This document shows, piece after piece, positions 52,834 to 64,000 of a stretch of DNA of 64,000 nt. The position numbers were made by a program, and so were the translations under genes. Below the pieces are notes generated by a model that saw nothing but the letters and a program-made list of their open reading frames with translations, made no database searches and was not told the DNA's origin. Within the stretch, counting starts at the first letter, position 1. Every line of letters begins with the position of its first letter. The DNA comes from Eledone cirrhosa (taxonomy: Eukaryota): contig OZ024741.1 of the NCBI GenBank assembly GCA_964016885.1, positions 300,514,001-300,578,000 of the forward strand, in the 5' to 3' direction.

Positions 52834-53502
52834 TTGCCCCCCCCCCCCCCCCCCACTTTCTCACTAAACATTAAAACCCACATCGCTAAATTATTTTTCA
52901 AAGCTCTTGATAATCGCTTCCCTAGAACACATAGGTATCACTCAATCTTCAATAGGCATACAATTAAATTAACCTACTCATCCACCAAAAATTTAGCACA
53001 AAATATTAATAGAATAAATAATAGGAACTTAAAACCTACTGATAATAGCATAAATAATATACAAGTTAACAAATGTAACTGTAGAGATGGATCTAAGTGT
53101 CCGTTGAATGACAACTGCTTGGTTGGAAATATAGTTTACAATTGTAGTGTTAATACTGACTCTAATTCTTTTAACTACGTCGGTTCCACATCGACGGAAT
53201 TTGAGCTTCGCTATAGTAACCACGGGAGTTCATTCACAGATCCAAATAAGGAATCTTCAACGGCACTATCAGGGGTACTCTGGCAACTTAAGCTAGATAA
53301 CGTTAGATATTCGACGGCTTGGAATATGGTCTCAAGAGGGATTCCTTTTGATTCATCCTCTGAGACATGTGACCTCTGCGCGGGGGGGATATTCTTTATA
53401 CTAAAATCTAAAAGTTCCCTTAACCTACGGACAGATTTGTTCAGTTGTTGCAGACATGGATTGAACTCAACGTTTGAATGTGGGTTTAAATTTAAGGTGT
53501 AG
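52834..53502 (+). pseudogene. PLE linker and GIY-YIG endonuclease, apparently A-to-G hypermutated
   Basis: IFNRHTIKLTYS, CNCR..CPL..C..NIVY..YVGST..RY.NH.SSF..T.LS..LW.LK..W..C.LC..N.RTDL..CRH. Confidence 0.85.
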
Positions 53503-54590
53503 TATATTTAGTTTGATTTATATTTATATGAGAACTAGCCGATAAATCTTTTGATTCCTAAATCTTTGATTCCCTCTTTTTACTCTTTTTATTGTTTATT
53601 TTATTTTATTTATTTTTATTTTATTTATTTTTATTTTTATCTAAACATTCCTCATGAAAAATTAAGCTACCCTAAAAGCCGATGCTCCAAATTTTTTGAA
53701 TTAACCTTACACTAGATAAACTTCTATATTAAAGATAGGAACATATGTAGACATTATTGGACATCATAATCTTTTTGCGATATTCTTTGCTAGATGTGAT
53801 TTGATAGATAATTTTTGGCTTTGTCTTGTAATGAACTTGGCAATATATTGTCAATTAACTTTGAAGGGTTGTTCTTTGTGGTTTATTTTTATTTTCATTT
53901 TTATTTTTATTTTTATTTTTATTTTTATTTTTATTTTTATTCTTTTAGTATTGTAGTATTCTATAATATTTTTATTTTTTATTTTATTTTATTTTTAATA
54001 TTTTTATATGTAAATTTTTAATACGTAATATTTTTTAATACGTAGTATTTTTAATATGCAATATTTTTATTATGTAATATTCTTTCGTAATATTTTTTTA
54101 GTTTTCTATTCTATATTTTTATATATTTTTACTTATTATTATTATTATTGTTATCTTTGTTTATAATATAATATATATTTTCGATTAGTATATTGAAATC
54201 TGCTCTCTATTTCTGCTTGATAGATAATCTTGTAGAGTAATCGCAAGAATAATAATACGCTCAAATTTTTATACCACATTGAGAATGTTTTCCGGTAATT
54301 TAGAGTTTGCAGGGTGAATCAGTTGGATTCACATTGATGTTTGTAGCTGTCACATAAACATATGAATTTTTTAAAACTAAACATAAGATAATGAATTTTC
54401 ACACATTGTGAATACTTGTTTCATTCAGGAATACTGATATTTACAATATAGTGTAAGTTTTATAAATACTAATACATTAAAACATAGGGTTTTCTACGCC
54501 TCGAATATGTCTGGCTATTTTTAAATTTTTTTTCTCTCTCTATATCTCTCTATATCTCTCTATATATCTCCCTTATATTAATACTTGAGC

Positions 54591-54629
<39 letters not shown>

Positions 54630-54990
54630 ATGTATCATTGATACACTTACTCAAAATGACCTCCCACTACCTAATTTTCTATATATATATATGTATCTAT
54701 CTCTATTTCCTCTCTCTCTATATATATATATCTCTTTCTGTCTCTTTACATGAAGCTCTTCGCTTTATCTATTTTTCCATCTCTCTATTTTGTTCCATGC
54801 ATTTCTTCCTTTTCTTTTTCTTCTTTTTCTTCCTTTTCTTCGTTTTGTCTTTCTTTCTTTCTTTTTTTCCCTCTTTTCTTTCTCTCTTTCTTTCTCTCTG
54901 TATTTTCACTGCTAGCGTAAACCTCTTCAAATGAAGTTGATGTGTATTACGGTATGTCGAATATATTTATCTATAAAACTGTTTATATTG

Positions 54991-55056
54991 TATTTTGTCT
55001 GATGAAGGCATAGCATATTGTTAATATGATATCCCCGAAATATATATAATGAAATA
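54991..55056 (+). ncRNA. Type I hammerhead (mirror copy about 52048-52113 minus)
   Basis: tattttgt-CTGATGA-A-GG..catatt/aatatg..CC-GAAA-TATATA-TA-atgaaata. Confidence 0.78.
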
Positions 55057-55099
55057 GATATGGTTTTATAAATATAGTTTTCCATTTATTTAATATTGT

Positions 55100-57826
<2,727 letters not shown>

Positions 57827-57830
57827 TATA

Positions 57831-57957
<127 letters not shown>

Positions 57958-58320
57958 GTGTATGTGTGTCTGTATATATGTACATGTATGTGTATATATG
58001 TATTTATGTGCGTGTGTGTGTGTGCGTGTGGGCGCTTGTGTGTTGGCGTGTTCTTGTGAGCTTGTCCTAACCTACAATTTCCACAGATGTTCGATCAACT
58101 ACTTCATATACCTTTTGTTCAAAATTGTACTATAGAATAAGGAAGTGTTAATTTCAATTGCAACTTGCCACTAAACTTCTTTCTCTAAATAAATTTTGTT
58201 TTTTCTAAGAATCCCCATCCTTTAATCCCACCATGACTTCTACCCCCCCCCCCGCCCAACCACTACCCTTCCCTTACCATGACAAAATGTATAAATACCA
58301 GAAATTTACATTTACAGTCG

Positions 58321-58369
58321 GCTTTCTGATGATTTCCTCCGAATGAAACAGTTTTAGTACTGTAGAAGT
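58321..58369 (+). ncRNA. Hammerhead-like motif in a PLE-type 3' end (about 58040-58453)
   Basis: gcttt-CTGATGA-tTTC..GAAt-GAAA-CAGT..ACTG-TA-gaagt; weak stem II. Confidence 0.65.
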
Positions 58370-58451
58370 CATTTCTATATTAAATTACTTTTACTCTGCT
58401 ATGTATTGAGTACCTTACTTACTGTGGTTATCTCCGATTTAACCCGGGATC

Positions 58452-58545
<94 letters not shown>

Positions 58546-58641
58546 ATAGTTTAGGCAAGTTGATAACACAGCCACATATGGCAAAGCATAATTCAAAGCT
58601 CCAATGTGGTTTGTATTGCAAAGCAAGATAGATAAATGACA

Positions 58642-58686
<45 letters not shown>

Positions 58687-59207
58687 CATATGCGTGTATG
58701 TGTGTGTGAGAGAGAGAGAGATGTGTGTGTATGTGTATTTTTGTGTGGGAGCTTTTGTATAAATGTATGTACTTACGTGTGAGTGTGCGTAATAGGGGAG
58801 GCAGATACAAAGAGATAGATAGAAACTCATTGAAGGAAAGTGTGGTGTGGGCAGGCAAATATTGCTAAACTTATATCGAAACAATTTCTATAAGTTACCA
58901 TCACATTAAATTTCAGCTTAATGATTATTCTGTGCTTACGTCCGTTGATATAATCTTAGGTTTTCTCACTTCAAACGGTCAATTAAAATACAAATTAAAT
59001 ATAAACTTCTATTGTCAAATAGTTTCCATGTGTTAATAGTGTTTATAATATATATTTCAATAATATTATTATATTTCATATTTTAGTAATATTTTAGTAA
59101 TATATATTTATCCATTATATTTCAGATTACGTACTCTTTTGAAACACCAAATATTGCGTCAGTGAACAACATTTTTTTTTATTTATTTATTTATTTATTT
59201 ATTTCCT

Positions 59208-59270
59208 ATCACCTGATTAAAATGAGATCACGTGATTAAAATGAGATCACGTGATTAAAATGAGATTACG
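59208..59270. repeat. 19-bp minisatellite x 3.3
   Basis: Unit atcacgtgattaaaatgag. Confidence 0.85.
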
Positions 59271-60195
59271 TCCTTAGTAAAAGTAATCCATAATTCAGGA
59301 AATAAATATGTTATATTACACCATGTAGTCAGATATTTCGACCTTAAATTGTTATTATACAAATCCCCACAACATTTTTGCTGGGCTCCAGACAGCTGTC
59401 TGCTAATCTCAGTACATTTCTACAATGATATATTATTTGTTTCTTAAATTTATACTTCGATGAAACAAAAAACTTTGATTGAATGAATTGTAATTTATCA
59501 TTTCAACTCCTATATTCAATGAATGAAATATTATGTAAAGATTGGGTCCTTGAAATATATGAAACCGTTATCCACCACCTTAGGAAGAATTCATTTGATA
59601 ATGTTGTTCGGGATACACCATGTTTGAACAAAGCTGGGTTGTTATGACTTGTATGCATTTCATGATAGGTATACTGTTGGGAGCATAAATGGCATGAACC
59701 TAAAGTAAAGTACCAGTAATGTATTGAGATAATTGCTGGCCTTGTGCCAAAAGTAGAGACAATTATTTGTTATGATGATAATTCCAGAGGGACAAGAACG
59801 CTTTTGTTTTGTTCTTTTGTTTTGTATTTCTTTTTTTTTTTTTTTTTGAGATATTAGTTTTTGCTACAGAACAATATGAACTCAATACTTTCTTAGCAGT
59901 CTGCTTTTCACGTTCAGAAATTCTTATCCGAAAACAACTTGTCGATCGACGAATTACAGTGTATATTTGAACGCTTCCATTCGTTTATTACGTTGGACAA
60001 TAGGCCGTTACATTCTAAGAATAATACAAATAGCAATGAAAGTGTTGATAATGACCATGACGGGTGACGAAGTGATTGGATTAAATATATTACATGAAAG
60101 TAGAATATATAATATTCACAGCATATATAATATTCACTCTTAACTTAATCTCATTTTTACGCATGCTCCGACTTCATTTCCAGCATTATTATCAC

Positions 60196-60377
60196 TGGCA
60201 GTAGCGGTAGAGGGTCGGACGCCATTCTTTGCAGCATAGTTACGTCCCTTTACGATATGAGTTCAAATCCCGCCGAGGTTGACTTTGCCTTTCATCCTTA
60301 CGAGGTCGATAAAATAAAGTACCAGTAATGCACTCTGGGTAATTGCTGGCCTTGTGCCTAAAAGTAGAAACAATTAT
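60196..60377 (+). mobile_element. tRNA-derived Meta-domain SINE (3' fragment also at 59701-59766)
   Basis: Same family as 25878; direct repeat attatcac at 60188 and 60373. Confidence 0.88.
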
Positions 60378-61904
60378 CACATATTATATTGATTACACTA
60401 TCATTCCTGCGACTCGAAGACGAGGAACTTCAGCTGTGAACATAATACTGCTTAATATTCTTAAAGACAACTTGATAGAAAATAAACGGCAACTCAAATA
60501 TTTCCTGCAATGTCTACATTAGATATCTCTATATGATATAGAGCATGGTGGCAGTTATGGCATTGAGTGTGCTGGCACAGCAGAGGATATCGTTGGTGTT
60601 GCTAACAAGTGTGTTAATCCTAATATCAATCACAGTAGTTGTATTTTATTGTATTAAGCTTGTTCATAAATAAAGAGAAAATAATAGATGAAAATAATAG
60701 ATGAAAAGGTAGATGAAAATAATATGATTGAAGGTGAAGAAGAAGGAAGGGTGGATAAAGATGCGATGCTCAAGAGTGTATGATTTTTAAGTTTTTCAAT
60801 TATATTTTATACATATCTGATAGCCCTGAATATAGAGTGTTGTAATGTATTGGAATGAATAAATCACATGCTAGCTTCTGTAAGTTACGAAGCATTAAGG
60901 AAATATGGTATTTGAAAATATGTAAGCTACAATGCAGATTCATTTTATTCATTCAAGTGATATTTATAGTAATCAAGTTTGCATTATTACCAACATATTT
61001 TCACATAGATCCAATGCTACATAAATTACCCAAAATTGTACTTCTAGCTTGAAGCTTGAATGTTCCAAATTTAAAGTAATTGGAGGTGAGACATATTTGT
61101 TTGTTATGGTTCAATGCGCACGTCTGGAAAAAAATGAGAGATGCGTCTTGAATATTTACTGGCGTCTTTGTTTACACTTTCAGTCTCTAAATGTATTTTG
61201 TGCGACTTATTCAACTGCTATTTATAGTTATCAATTCTGCATTGTGAAAAATATATTTTCAAATTCGATATGTCAGCTAATTGATTGTTCTGCTTATCCA
61301 TAACTTTATAGGAATAAATTTATCCATAACTTATAGGAATAAATGTTCCTCTACAAATCTCAAATGCATCAACATAAGAAAGACGTTACAATGTCATATA
61401 TTGGAATTACAAATATCAGCACTGAATTGTTTATAATGTCATAGTTACAAAGACGAGTTTCTATATACGGTAAAATCAAAATATCATCTGCATAGTGCTG
61501 ATGAAAATTAAAATTATAATAACAATGTTGATAGTTATTACGATAGTGGATGGCAAATATCGCAGCCAAAACGTTTGTTCACACCATCAATTAAACTTCT
61601 CTGAAATAAATTCGCGTCTTCCGATTCAGAATCATTCTCCCTTAGCATTCCATCGTTATGCATGCTTTATCTCTATTTCTAAATTCTCATTATTTTTATC
61701 AATTTGCTATGTCTCTTTGAATATCTCTTCTCGGCACCATCACAGTAAACCATCACTCTCCTGGAAACACCAGTGTAAGAACATTACAGGAATTAGTATT
61801 GTCAAAAGTTACATAAACAAATGAAAGGGAGTCACATACGCACATGCACACCTAAAGCTCCCTAACCCGATACATATACACACACACATACACAATATAT
61901 ATAT

Positions 61905-62116
61905 GAAGGAAGTATGGTAAGGAACCAGATGGACCATAAAGCACCAGAGTACTCAATGCTTAGGGTAGTAGAGTGGGTAATAGGAAAATGTTTAACCCCG
62001 ACGGCAGAGCTCTAGCCGTTTCGACGGCTATTTCTGGAGTTCAGAAATAGCGGTGTGGAGTCCAGAAATAGCCGTCGAAACGGCTTGAGCTCTACCGTCG
62101 GGGTTAAACATGTCCA
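61905..62116 (-). mobile_element. Mini fold-back PLE-type 3' end, second copy
   Basis: Homologous to 21023-21220, with a different hairpin loop. Confidence 0.75.
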
Positions 62117-62676
62117 TATATATATATATATATATATACTTGGCGTGGAAATGAAGTCTTTAAAATAGAAGGCTGTCTGCCGTATATAGTAGTAAATGTA
62201 GTTAATATTATTTGGAATTTGTACTTTGTTGTACATTTGTGATATTCCGTATGAATGGTGTATTTTGTTTCAGGCCCATGCATAATTATTTTGTTGTCAT
62301 TCTTGTGCGTTTACCATACACTCATTGAATTGATTTAAGTCAAGAAAATTTTAGGGTATATGTTTTCATTGAATGGAAACGTAGCAAATCAACAACAAAT
62401 GTTATTGCACAATAGAAGGAGAGAATTAACAATGTTCCAGCAAATTCAACCATCTATCACTGGGTTAAACAATTCAATTGATACTCTTCGTTCTGGCCAT
62501 CCTTGCACATCCACTATTCATGGCAACATTCAAGCCATTGAAAGTATCATTGATGCAGAACGAAAACAATCATTGCGTTGCATTGCACATGTTACTGGAA
62601 TAAACACGGAATAGACAGAGAAAATTTATTTTCGCTTTAATCGGGGTGGTGATGGATGAATCGTTGCACTGATTTC

Positions 62677-63139
62677 GACGCAAAACTCCCATATACACAT
62701 AACCAAGCCCTAAATACCAGAATATGTAAAAATTATACGCCAAAACAGTCAAATATACGTACGAGAAGGTATACATACCTTCACCTCTGCGCCGCTGAGG
62801 CCCTGGAAATACTCTACGCCACAGACCACATCTTAAACAAAAAATCTGAGGCAATTTCGGCTTGTAAACATAAATTGTACAAAACTTTCCTGTATTACAG
62901 CCCTACGTTATACCCTAACGGATAGCACGATCTATACGTGGATATTTACGTCTTGATGTGGGAGCTAAGTATATGTTTTGTTTATTCCTTTACTTATTTG
63001 CATAGGTAAGTATATATTACCCGTATGTTTTGTGAAGGTATGTATACCTTCTCGTACGTATATTTGACTGTTTTGGCGTATAATTTTTACATATTCTGGT
63101 ATTTAGGGCTTGGTTATGTGTATATGGGAGTTTTGCGTC
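62677..63139. repeat. Inverted repeat, arms about 108 bp
   Basis: 62677-62784 is the reverse complement of 63032-63139. Confidence 0.85.
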
Positions 63140-63510
63140 TGCGTGAGTATGCAGGTTCGTACGTATGGTGGGTGTGTGTTTATGTGTGCTTCTTGTTTTA
63201 GTTGACTTACGTCTCCGAACCTACCTTCATGTATTTATTTGTAGGTATGTGTGTGCGCTTGTTATATACGTATTTATTTACTTATATACGTTTATATAAT
63301 TATTTATTTATTTGTATACACGCATACACACACACAGATACTTATATGTGCGTGGTTTTGTATACCTATGGTAAGGTTTTGCGTATGCTTGTGTATGTAC
63401 GTATTTGTTTGCGTGTACGTATTTATTTATTTCTATTACTTCTGTATTGTATTTATTTACTTTGTTCTTAACTCTGTAGCGGAGATTCATTTGGTCTCCT
63501 AGTTAGAATT

Positions 63511-63777
63511 TTAGTCTACGACTTCTGCTATACCATTTACGTGGTTTTGTCTTTGCACGCTATTGTTCTCCACGCTCCACATATGACTTATTATCTTCGT
63601 TTTTTCGTTCATTGCCAGAGAACGTCTCTATGCACCATTTAGAGAACATTAGTCTACGACCTCTTTTATACCATAAACGTGGTTCTGTCCTTGCACGTAA
63701 TTGTCTTTCACCGCTCCTATTAATGACGTATTATTCGTTTTTTCCCGTTCTTTGCCAGCGAACGTCACCATGAACCA
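63511..63777. repeat. Diverged tandem dimer, about 138-bp unit
   Basis: ttagtctacgac starts at 63511 and 63649, with collinear similarity. Confidence 0.75.
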
Positions 63778-64000
63778 AAGTATTGTCTTCCTGTCTTCCT
63801 CCGGTTGCAACGTTTTTTGAAATATTCAGTTCTGCGTTTACAGATTGCCTTTGTTAGTTTCAGAAGATCCCGTTAAGGGTGAAAGCAGCGATTCTTTGCT
63901 TAAACTTTAATCTGTTATTTTAATAAATATTTGCTCTTCGGTTCTTATATATTTGATATATATTTTCCTTATCGAGCCCTCTCTGGATTTTAGTCTTCAA

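Larger units (their letters stand above)
51915..55099 (+). mobile_element. 5'-truncated PLE with inverted 3' arm, in (TA)n
   Basis: 52005-52572 is the reverse complement of about 54525-55099; tail 51915-52004 on the left arm only; endonuclease ORF inside. Confidence 0.85.

Noticed and set aside
59208-63777. Short tandem repeats as a possible CRISPR-like array
   Set aside because: No unique spacers, no cas genes, eukaryotic context.

Overview
Eukaryotic, AT-rich, gene-free window made almost entirely of retroelements and (TA)n/(TG)n microsatellites. The tRNA/Meta-type SINE and the microsatellite landscape suggest an octopod cephalopod (inference). 1-12.2 kb is a nested cluster of R4/Dong-type (RLE) LINEs on + and a Tx1/L1-type (APE) LINE on -, all joined through (TAA)n tracts. 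14-62 kb holds many Penelope-like element (PLE) copies and non-autonomous derivatives from several families, nearly all sitting in (TA)n tracts. They carry minimal hammerhead ribozymes and repeatedly show an asymmetric fold-back architecture: two outward-facing 3' ends, one with a tail and one without. The tails of several unrelated families contain a shared, covarying RCTC-stem-TH-GAGY hairpin. One PLE endonuclease segment looks A-to-G hypermutated, as if ADAR-edited RNA had been retro-inserted. An apparently intact RTE LINE (1039 aa, APE-RT with a PHD-like finger) is nested in one PLE. No host protein-coding exon could be supported. All motif calls were made by eye.
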